This document shows positions 12,615 to 23,706 of a DNA stretch of 64,000 nt, piece after piece (the stretch's first letter is position 1; each line of letters starts with the position of its first letter). Origin of the DNA: Lingula anatina (Eukaryota; Animalia; Brachiopoda); contig CM120647.1 of the NCBI GenBank assembly GCA_051362555.1, positions 17,460,651-17,524,650 of the forward strand, written 5' to 3'. The position numbers and the translations under genes were made by a program. The notes beneath the pieces were generated by a model. That model made no database searches and was not told the origin of the DNA. It worked only from the letters and a program-made list of their open reading frames with translations.

Positions 12615-15600
12615 GACAGTTTAGTACAGCAAAGACCTCTTGTCTAAGCAAGTTTTCAAATCAAGCGGTATAAATAAGCGATACAGCCGTACCTATAGAT
12701 CCTGAGAGGTTTTAACAATTGCACTACAATGACACTAGGTTCGTTCTAGTATATAACGAAGGGAACCTGGCTGTTCTTCTACCAGCAATAGGAAAGTAAG
12801 ACGTTACCGAGATTTCCTATGATAACAAAGCTGATACCCTTAGACAAGTTAAACATTTTGTCTCTCTTTTTTATTTACTCGTTTATTTCTTTTATTACCT
12901 ATCCCAGTTTCGCTCAATTTACAATATTTATGAGCATAGCATGCCAACACAGCCATTAAACTATAGATGTCGTACAGCATCGTTCTCTTGCTCAGTTTAA
13001 AGTGTGGAACTGCTCGAAATATCTGCTGATAGGCAGTGAGGTGTCTCATATGCGGGCTCCGTGTCCGCTACGCATGTCTGCTACCAGCAGTCTGGCACTA
13101 CAGTGATCAGATAGCGCGTCTGTGTTGCCTTGGGAACAGGCCTCCTGTCACTTCAGATTTACCTTGGAGGTGTATCTTTTACTGGCGTTAGCGATAGACA
13201 AGATAATATATTACATCACATCGATGGGAAAGGTCTCCTAAATTAGTCTAGGTTTATACGAAATCCGCTAAATCCCTAAATTGAAGTAGAATTATCTGAC
13301 ATATATGTAATCCAGCATCAAGCGATTTAGCTAGAAAAATAAAACGAGATTTGGAAGTTTCGGAAAAGAGTGGGATCAGAAATTATTACATACAAACAAG
13401 TGACGTGTGGCAGCGAATAAAAGGTGACAGAATTTATCAACCGATATTTTTTAGGTTGTCCCCTTATAAGAAATGTAGAATTACCGTCTATTACATGCAC
13501 ATGTACGCAACATCTTTCGTGTGTTACTTTCGTATTGCTTTCTAAGAAGAAATCCCCATGGAAATGAGTTTCACCTTTATAACTCAAAGGTTAGTCACAC
13601 ATACCTCACGCAAATTTTCACAATTTTCTGGCCACGCGGTGGCAACGGCCTCATTATAGACTATCTTTGTTAATTACCATTTGATTGGTCCATTGAGTTG
13701 ACTTACTAGATGACAGGTTCGAATGTCAACTGTTTACGATTCGTATAACAAACAAACATTTCAAAAAATGAATGTGAATTTCAAATGAAAAATTCATGCT
13801 ACGTAAGTTTGAAAAAGAGTATCCATCTCTCCCGACTTCATTCTCTAACACTAATTCAAAATCTTTAAAAAAATTAATCAAATACAAGAAACCAAGTTCA
13901 GCCGCATAGGAAAATGGAATTGCGGAACATTACCTTATCCCTGCGGTCTAAACCCTTACCCAAACGCAATAAACGAGGGAAACCAAACGCGCAAATATTT
14001 CCTGATTAAATAATTTAGGTGAAACCGTCCTACATTCTTTATATTAAGTTCAAAAATCTAAAGGGCAAATTGCGTTTGCCACTCGGCAGGAGTTGTCGAT
14101 TTCGCACGCTTGGTCAAAAAGCATCACACGTTGTCTTGTTGAAACGTTGGATCCTGCACTCTAGGCTCACACCTTGTGAATTAGAGGCAAATATCGATTT
14201 TTGCACTTATCTAAGTGTAAGTAAGGTCGAAGAGGCCAACCATTAGCAATTTCTGGCAATTTCTGGAAACTCCCGCTGCGCGTGGATCCGACAGACGCTG
14301 CAGTTAGATTCTGGGATATAAGTGAATTTGTTTAAAAGCATAGAGTGGACAGAAATGACGCAATTTGCTGCCTTTTATATCAATTTGGCGTGGTGGGGAA
14401 GTTTGAAATTGATACATAATGGGTCGTTACTGTCTTTGTGGGTTTTCTTTGGTGTGACAACTGTCTGAAGAATGGTGTTCCATTGGTGCTTTTCTGCTAT
14501 TATTGTCTTTCTGTTTCTGTCTGATTTTTTGACAGTCTGTTTGTCTGTCAGCCCGTCGGTCAATTTTATTTGTCTGTTTTTGATTTTTAAGTGCCGGTTG
14601 CTATACATTGTAAAGAATAAGTTGAAGAGTTAAACCACCACTTCGATGGTGACTTCTAAGCATATGGCGACAACCATTGTCCAAACCCTGGGGATTTCGT
14701 CACCCGCCACTTTAGTTGTCTATTGAAATCAATCTCTCTCTCTCTCTTTTTTTTTTTTTTTTTTTTTTTGTATGAATCAGCACTCTTATTACTTTTCATG
14801 TAAGAGAACCGCTGAAATTCAGACCGCGTATTTCCCTAATCCACACATACGTGAAGTATCCTTCACCTGTACAAGAAACATGTCGCATATGTAAGTGATC
14901 TATATAGGACCAACCGTGCATATGTATCACCATGCACTGTAGCTTTCTGAGGCAGTCAACAGACCTTACGGGCCCTCGTACTTTACGCGGGTATGTACCT
15001 TCAGTTAATCAATAGTTTCTGAAAGCCTGTCATAAAACCTCCTTGGTAACCATGGAAGCAAAATCTAATTGAGGTTGCCATAGTAAGAAGGCATTAACAG
15101 TGATCAGAAGAATTTTGGGATCAAAGTTATTTTTTTCTGAAAAGTTCGTTCTTTACTGACGGCCTTAGTTAAAACTTAAGGTATTGCCTGCTTTACTGGT
15201 TAGTGACCTACGTTTATTAAAGACGTCGTTAAACAAGTGTATCACTTCCTATGGTGGTAAAAATAGTAGTTTTTCAACCAATGTTCTAATATTATGTCGA
15301 AAATTGTCTTCAAGTTTCAAGTTTCTTGGTTATTTGAATTTGTGGAGGAAGGTACTGTGTAGAAATGGAAAGGATAAAAGGAAAACACAGGAACTCATTT
15401 TATATATTTGAATATTAAGTTGCAGTCACTCGGAATCATATTCTGGTCATCAGTAGGCGATTTGATCTTGGATATTCGTATTTTTCTACAATGTCTGCTG
15501 TTAAAACTGTTTTATAATGACATGCATATGTCAAATGGTGCTAATAAATCTGTATTCTAAGACAAAATGGCCTCGTGTACTTCAAGTTTTATTTCAATTT

Positions 15601-15689
15601 GAATTTAATCTATATTTTTTAAACAATGGCTATGTCCTTAGGTTTGAATGAAGGCGTATGCGTGTCTTGATATCCGCCAGATAACGGAC

Positions 15690-16117
15690 AGGAATGGTGA
15701 TTCTTTAGGAACTATCCTATCCCGGTATTATAGGAATGGTGATCTTTTAGGAACTGTCCTATCCCAGTATTATAGGAATGGTGATTCTTTAGGAACTACC
15801 CTATCCTAGTATTACAGGAATGGTGATCCTTTAGGAACTATCCTATCCCAGTGTTATAGGAATGGTGTTCTTTTAGGAACTATCCTATCCCAGTATTTTA
15901 GGAATGGTGATTCTTTAGGAACTATCCTATCCCAGTATTACAGGAATGGTGATCCTTTAGGAACCATCCTATCCCGGTATTACAGGAATGGTGATCCTTT
16001 AGGAACTATCCTATCCCAGTATTACAGGAATGGTGATCCTTTAGGAACCATCCTATCCCGGTATTACAGGAATGGTGATCCTTTAGGAACTATCCTATCC
16101 CGGTATTACAGGAATGG
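15690..16117. repeat. 42-bp minisatellite, 10 copies
   Basis: Unit AGGAATGGTGATCCTTTAGGAACTATCCTATCCCAGTATTAC, starting at 15690, 15732, 15774 ... 16110. Confidence 0.95.
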
Positions 16118-16233
16118 AAGTCCGTTAGGCACCGTTTGAACAGGTGACATCCGTCCCATTTACTATCCCCAATACTCCGACTAACCCTATCCTGTGCTAA
16201 TCATATTAGACCCCTAACTTTCCTTCCTAGGAC

Positions 16234-16475
16234 TACACACACTGGACAATAGAAGTGTCACCCCTACTGAACCAATACTTTGGGGGAGATAAATGACTGT
16301 GGAATGATATGCTCCTGGTGTCATTTTATTAACATCAAATTTCACAAAAAGACCGACAATACAATTCCAGGGTGAAGCGGCTTTATACTCATTAGTCACA
16401 TTATAAGTAGACCAGGCATAATAACTTTGATTACTCTGATTCAGGGAGTGATACTTCTATTGTCCAGTGTGTGTA
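16234..16475. mobile_element. TA-flanked MITE, Tc1/mariner-like
   Basis: 28-bp TIR with one mismatch: TACACACACTGGACAATAGAAGTGTCAC / GTGATACTTCTATTGTCCAGTGTGTGTA. Confidence 0.75.
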
Positions 16476-17207
16476 CCATTCCTTTCACACAGTGTCACAC
16501 GACAATCGCATTTTTATTGTCTCACCTAACACAACAGGAATGGTGCAACCAGACTACAGACATCGCTTCAAGTAGTCTACATGTACGTACATCAGCATTG
16601 ACGCAAATTTCCATACACAGACAATCTTTTGCCATCGATTTATGCACCGAATCGTAACAAAGTAGGCGGGATTGTACTGATCTAGTTTGGGACAAGTAGA
16701 AAGCTGAGCGTCAAGTGCACTACTATCTTGTGTTCCAGAGCATAGCTTCGTTCATTTGTTCGTAATGATTTTGTACGGCTACAATAGAGGTCGTTGCCTT
16801 GCATAGTGGTATCTTGTCACGCTTTCTTCCTCTTCGCCGATGGTTATTAGAGATGATGCATTAGAATCTTGAAAAAGATACACATTTTATCGCTTTTAGT
16901 GCGTCTGCATTATTAGCATAATACAAATGGTGATAGAGAAAAACACATATATCTTGCTTCAGATGAATTCTGATAAACCCTAGAGTATTGGAACTGGTTA
17001 TAATGTACTTGCCGACTCCACCATCGCTTAATCTTCAACTTTCAAGACTACAATGTAAAGAAAAAAAACAATACATCTAGAACACATGGACCCTACACGA
17101 TTTTAGGCCTACTTCCATAGTGCGTGCTATAGGACCTTATATTTAACACATTACATGTATACTAGCTGTATTAGTCACATTTATCACAATGTCCTCCATT
17201 TTTCTAG

Positions 17208-18141
17208 GTTCTGAGCATCGTGTCCGTGTTCTTCATCGTAGTTTCCATCTTGTCCTTCTGTCTGAAGACCCACCCAGAGATGCGAGTCCCTTTGATTGTG
17301 AACAGAACTGTCAGCGTCCACACGGCCAACGACTCGTGGCTGCTGGAGAAGCAAGGCTCCGACCCCCACCCGGCTTTTTTCTACATCGAATGCATGTGTA
17401 ACGCCTGGTTCACCTTCGAAATCATCATCCGCTTTATCGTCTCACCGAGCAAGTTCCAGTTCGTTAAACAGCCTGTGAATATTATAGACTTCGTGGCCAC
17501 CCTGTCCTTTTACATGGACTTTATGTTGTCGCGCATTAACAAGGAATCTAAGAGTGACATTCTTGAATTCTTCAGCATCATCCGTATTCTGCGTCTGGTG
17601 AAGCTCACGCGGCACTCCACGGGACTCAAGATCCTCATCCACACCTTTAAAGCGAGCGCTAAGGAGCTCAGTTTACTCATATTCTTCTTGCTTCTCGGTA
17701 TTGTCATGTTCGCCGCACTCATTTTCTACGCGGAGCGTATCCAATATAATCCAAATAACGACTTTGAGAGCATCCCGTTGGGACTCTGGTGGGCTATCGT
17801 TACCATGACAACAATCGGTTACGGTGACATGGTCCCTAAAACGTACATGGGCATGGTGGTGGGTTCTCTCTGCGCCATTACTGGTGTGCTCACCATTGCC
17901 CTACCCGTGCCCATTATTGTGGGGAACTTCTCAATGTTTTACTCTCACACGCAAGCGAGATCCAAACTGCCCAAGAAGCGAAGGCGGATTTTGCCGGTAG
18001 AGGCGGTACGACCCAAGATGCCCCCGAATCGCAACATGGGAGGAGGGGGAGGTGGGCCTCATGGTGGCCCCCACAGACGCATGAATGCTATTAAACAGGG
18101 CCACATAGGAGGGGGTCTGGAATCAAAGATGAACCGAATAG
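17208..18141 (+). CDS. Shaw: Shaw/Kv3 coding exon 2 (S1-S6, pore, proximal C-terminus)
   Basis: Acceptor tttttctag/GTT is in frame with exon 1. Contains S4 [13 protein letters not shown], pore [10 protein letters not shown]6 [11 protein letters not shown] and Shaw-typical [15 protein letters not shown]. Donor G/gtaggt, phase 1. Confidence 0.96.
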
Positions 18142-18727
18142 GTAGGTACACATATATTTGTACAAAAGTTTACCTAAAAATCTTCAAAGCACGCGCGTGC
18201 TTTCCACGTTTTTTAATATTCTTTTATCAATACCATATGGGAACATGCTCTTAATACCTTAACCAGTACGAAGTCACCTTTTTTATGTTACCCTAAAAAG
18301 TTGCAAACAGTCTCACTTCCTTGCCTTATTTGTTGCCAATTTCACTCTTTAAAAGTTCTAGTTCATAATTTCTATATGTATCTAATACCTGACCCTCCAG
18401 TTCTCCCTCTGTTTGCCACGGAATTCAGGTCACATTGTGACGTCAGAGTGACATCACATTAACTACGTTATGAAAAGTGTGACGTCATGAGATTGTTTTT
18501 ATCACAGCATGGATTAGTTTTATGTCTTATTTGCTATTACTGGTATGTATTGCTATAAGGTTTCAGTCTGACAGGTTTTTAAATATCTTTGATTAACTTG
18601 CATTCTGAAGTTTTCAATGATCGCAGTACAAAGAGTATCTTTCAATTCGTTTATTACTATTATTATTATATAGAAATACGACGACTCTATTTTCAGTAAC
18701 TAGTTTAAACACTTTGCCTTCCGTGTG

Positions 18728-18912
18728 ACTAAAGACCCATTCAGACCTTCACTAACAAAAACCAGAAACACATTCGGTGTGACTGACGCCAATTTGAAAT
18801 CCAAAGGTCTAGAACACGATGGGAGTCACCAAATAGGGTACTGTTCTGCTTATGACGTCAGACTGGCCGTTTTTGGTAGCAGTTAACCGCGGTTGTGAAC
18901 GAGTCTTTAGTC
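18728..18912. mobile_element. Small TIR element
   Basis: GACTAAAGACCCATTCAGACC vs GGTTGTGAACGAGTCTTTAGTC, imperfect inverted ends. Confidence 0.5.
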
Positions 18913-20700
18913 ATCGGTCGTTTGCGGGACACACTCTAATATTGTTAATCTGTTGAAGACATTAATCATTGCACTGCAAATCAATAATCTCCATTTAGAG
19001 ACCTCTTTCTGAGTGCTTTAAAAAAATGCCAATTTATGTTCTCTTTATTCACTCAGAGAGTGTCAGTGGAGTGAGAATCAACCACGCCAAAGCCTCGCTG
19101 TTGTCAAAAATATACCTTGTTTTTTATATTGGACAGGAAGGGGAGAGAGGCTTTGGCGAGGAGAGTGCAATGTATTATTTTTGTTTCTATTGTCCGTAAT
19201 ACTGGTATGTAACTGCACCCCTAACAAAATCTGTTGTGTGAAACTACTAACAATTGTCTTTTATATTGTGACGTAATGGATATACTAATACATTGCTATG
19301 CCTTACACATTAGATTGTATATAACAAGTACTAACACAATAGCTTTTATACGTATAACATTATGATAATATCATAGATATATTGTTAGAATTACGGTGAC
19401 TATGTCGCCACTTTCTCACAATGCTTTGTTAACTCTAACATTATGGATTAGATATTCATATAAGCAGCCGGTGCTACATCATATGGGAAGAGCGTGAACT
19501 CGGCAGCATGGTTTTAGTCGGATGCGTTAGATGTGAGTTTGCGGATTGTGGCAAGAAAAGCTAGGACGGTGCCAACTTAGAGGAGATATTTGTTGATTTG
19601 CTGTGTGCTCTTATACTAACATTAAACACCATTTCATAATACAAAAATTCAAACAAAAAAATCAAAAACTAGTTTGCTTTCTCTTACACAGTGCCAGGTA
19701 TACAAACTTGCACCCAAAAGAAAAGTTGCAAATTCCATTACTGTTTTTGTTTATTTGTTTTATTTTGCTATGTTGCGGTGTATCATGTAGCTTAACGTGC
19801 ATATTTAATACCGTTTGAAAGTTTGTAGGTTTCCACGAATAATTTGACTTGGTGCAATTTTTTTCAATCGAAATGAAAATTAACATGTAGGCGACGATTA
19901 TCTTTTACGGGTTTTTCTCAGCACCAAAATCGACTTACTTACTCTCACTGAAATATAATCACGGTCATGGTTAAGACGTTTTCTGCACTAATATCTAATT
20001 AAAACATTTTACGGTGTCGTCATTTGACGTCATCAATCTGGCCTATTTTTTGCTGATATTTGCCTGACGACAATCTCCTTGTAGATTATACGTATATCAT
20101 TGACGTCACATATGACTCCTTTAATGTAATCAGATTTTTCAACATTAGCCTATATAACCTAAATCTGATCTACGTCAATTTAAACATTGTCCCCTTTAAA
20201 TTCTTTTACGTTGCTTTTCTCAACCAAACAAATTCAGATGAGCAGGGTGAGATTTATCATATTTACATAGTTCATCTTTAATCTTAGCATGACCAAATGC
20301 ATAACAAAAGGGGCTAATGCGAGTGCAAGAAAAGGAATGCCACAAGATATCACTATATTGCACGAATTCTTGCATTGCATATTGTTGAGGCCACCCTAAA
20401 TTTGGAGGAGATTAGCTTTTTGGTCTATTCATATTTGTGGACATTTGTCATTACTGAAGGGGCTGTTAGATTGTTTTCTGGTGTTCATGAGTAAATGAAC
20501 GACGCTGGAGGGTTAATTATAAAATTGTCATAGAAAAGAGGTATACAAAAGATACAAATTAAAAAAACGCATCTGTCATTATGTTGTTAAGCCGGACAAC
20601 CGTGTTCACAACTTACAGCCATTCGCACAAACTGATGTAACGATATTGCACTGTTCGTGATTGCATGCTGACAGTCCATTTGATCTTCTATTTGTCCGAG

Positions 20701-20792
20701 TGGGTGGTCGAAAAAGACCAATGCATTCAGCTCTTACATTTAAAGATTGGGCACATTTTGGGGAAACGGTTTCGGGAGTGCACTGCATGTAA
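20701..20792 (+). CDS. Shaw: Candidate alternative terminal exon of Shaw (VGGRKRPMHSALTFKDWAHFGETVSGVHCM*)
   Basis: Branch-like ctgac, pyrimidine tract and gag acceptor. Open in phase 1 for 30 codons to TAA. AATAAA at 20805-20810, followed by a GT-rich tract. Confidence 0.5.
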
Positions 20793-21314
20793 ATTCCACC
20801 ACAGAATAAAGCATGCGTATGTGAATGGCGTACTGTACAGCATGAATTTTGTGTGTTATTGTCAGATTGCATGGATTAGTGTTTGGCTTGCTAGCTTGTC
20901 TCACACTTGATATTCCAGCTGTATTCGCTTCTAATGACGTCTGTCTTTCCATGGTGCGACGTCAGTCCGCATGGGTTGACGTCAGTAAAACTGATGTGAC
21001 ATCAGAGTGCATGCTTTGACATCAGTGCACGCAGCATAAACTAATACTTTCTACCAGACTGCATCATTTGGCATCAGTCTGTGTATAGCGAAGCGCTGAT
21101 TTGTAGGGAGTGACGTCACTATGCACTAAGTGACATCACAACACGTGGAAGACGTTATTGCGCATGGAATGAAGTTTAGTGTGTCACTATCATAGCATAA
21201 ATACCGCTTGAAGTGTCACTTAAGCTTATGTAGCAGGAGCATGAAGCACCTAGGTTGAAATCATTATAATTTTGCATGTTTCTAACCTTTCACTCATTAT
21301 TTTTCTTTTTCAAG

Positions 21315-21353
21315 CACAAGGTGGCGCCATTTCCGAGATGATGCCATTTCGTA
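21315..21353 (+). CDS. Shaw: Candidate 39-nt symmetric phase-1 micro-exon of Shaw (AQGGAISEMMPFR)
   Basis: ctaac branch point, long T tract, caag acceptor and gtaagt donor. Length is a multiple of 3 and the frame is open. Confidence 0.7.
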
Positions 21354-23614
21354 GTAAGTCACGCGATATTTTTACTGACTAGATGTGCTCCCTTTTATGT
21401 TTGTCCTTGACCTTTGACATTGATTGACCTTGACCTGCTTTGACCTCACACGCCGTCATTCAAACATTCACAATCGACATCGTTCTACATTTATATTCCT
21501 AGGAATTGTCCTTATACATTTATTAGAGTATTAGAGTATTCACGCTGTCGTCATATGAATATTGTCAATATGTAAATATTGTCTCGTATTCACGCTAGTA
21601 GCAATACGTGTTGAGCCAAGAAACAAACATTATAAGGTGAGAAAAATGCTTTGTAGCGTAAATCAGTGACATTTTTTCAACAAATATATTAGAATGCAAT
21701 ATGGTAGAGCTAAATAAAGGCACCATGATAATATGCGTGTTTAAGTGGTAAACACATTGGGAGGCAAACACCGGTTTTGCATTTTCTGTGAGCATCCACA
21801 TCTACAAAGGTGCACGCGCACAAACACATTATGCTCATAATTCCATAACAGAACATGCGTCCACACGCACAAACATGCACATGTGTTCATGATTATCCTA
21901 CTTTACGTGGAACTTACATTTAACGTCACTGTAAATAATATTGTAACGCTATCGTTTGTCGTTGTATGCTATACTCTCTAACGTTAAGTGTGTACATCTT
22001 TGTAAATCTAGCCTACATGATATTGTGCATACTCTCTACACACGTGTGCCTCTAAGAAAATATCAATAATCGCAGTCATTGTCACTGCCTGTAGTATTTC
22101 TTTTTTCTGATTTTTGTAACTTCTCCAATTTGTAACATTTTCTTCTTATTGGTGACTTATTTTGGATATGGTTTTTCAATCACTAGAAATGATGCCTACC
22201 TTTTTATTCTAAAATGACGTCACCAAGCATCCGATAGATGGCAGGGCAGTCCTTCATGGAAGACGGTTCATTTGATTAAGTTGATAATTTCAGGTCAAGC
22301 AGAATTGCAGAATGTATTTATTTCTTATTCGGTTTTGATTGTTGTTAACCATCTTACATGTATACTACTGGCGAAGTTTAGATCATGTTTCCTTGAACAC
22401 AAGTAGCAATATTTCAACCATCATTTACCAACAATCATCAATTGCTATATCCTACACATAAATTCTCAGACGTTTAACGATGGCAACACGACGCACTTGT
22501 TTCAGCGTGTATTGGAAGGTGAAATTGATGCATGACCAGTTTCACGCATGAAAACTTGGCGAGGTTCCGACGACCTTTGATTACGTTTCGTTCATCGCGT
22601 AGATCGCTAATTATCAAAGTTCAGCGCCTCTCACGCAAAAATAATCGAATTTTGCTTTCACGGAACCAACAGAGCTATTTCTGCACCGTTCATGTGCGCC
22701 GTGGTGTTATTTGATTGCATTGGACTGTATATATCACTTACTAGTAGAGCTTACTTTTTCGCCACGATACTAATGTGCAAGTAAAGCGATCTTCACGCCT
22801 TAAGGTACAAAAGGAGTGACTACTCTTGTGTAGGATCATCACCCAAAATATCTGCGAAGTAGCAAAACAAAAACACACAAGCGCTACCAATGGCAACCTG
22901 CACTACATACGTCAAAATTCTACTGACTGTATTCGCAATCATACAGCTCGTTCTCAACCATTTCTCCATCGATCAGGTCAAAGAAGTCTCGTCTGAAATT
23001 CATCAGTGTGAAATTATGTCCTGTCCTGTCTTATTCTGAGTTCTATTTTTTCTACCACATTAGATGTGCTGTTTTATATTACCGTATTTTTTCATCTAGG
23101 TTAACCAATCATTTGCTGTATATCATTTGGTCCGTAGATAATTTCAATCAACCAATCATTATCAGTCTATGTTCATCACCTTTCGTCTTGACTATACATT
23201 CCAATATGTCATTATGATAGTTATGTAGTTACCATAATGTAGAACTTAAGTTTCCATCAGTACAATATATAGTGACTGTAGCCATCAATATAATAGATTC
23301 CCTTTAGTACTCTTCATTGCATAGTAGATATTCAGAGTTACTTTAGATGAAATCTATTTAGAATTACAATTTCTTCTTGTATTCCTCTTGCACATCATTA
23401 TGAAGTAAAGTTATGGTTTTTGGTTCATTTGATATAGTACCATGATTTTACCTCTGCTTTAATTCTACAACTGTAACGTCAGTATTGAGTAATTTCACAA
23501 TTTTTCAACTCAACGGTTGCATTAATTTCATAAGCACATGTTTATTTATACTTGGCTACAGTGTTACCGCTCCACTATCCATTGTTAGCACAATGTAAGT
23601 ACACGGTGAGATAT

Positions 23615-23706
23615 TGCTGGTGACGTCACATTTGCTGGTGACGTCACGTCTGCTGATGACGTCATATATGCTGGTGACGACCTCATAACTGCTCATGACG
23701 TCACAT
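23615..23706. repeat. 18-bp degenerate tandem repeat containing TGACGTCA
   Basis: About 5 TGCTGGTGACGTCACATT-like units. Confidence 0.8.

Noticed and set aside
15690-16117. CRISPR-like appearance of the 42-bp array
   Set aside because: Head-to-tail units with no unique spacers, no cas genes, and eukaryotic context.
18142-18254. Read-through extension of the Shaw exon 2 ORF (GRYTYICTK...)
   Set aside because: Follows a good donor and has intron-like AT-rich composition. Intron retention cannot be excluded but is unsupported.
19057-19199. Another possible Shaw alternative exon (ESVSGVRINHAKASLL...) after a strong pyrimidine tract
   Set aside because: The frame runs through a hairpin element (CGCCAAAGCCTC/GAGGCTTTGGCG) and T-rich sequence, with no convincing donor or poly(A) signal.
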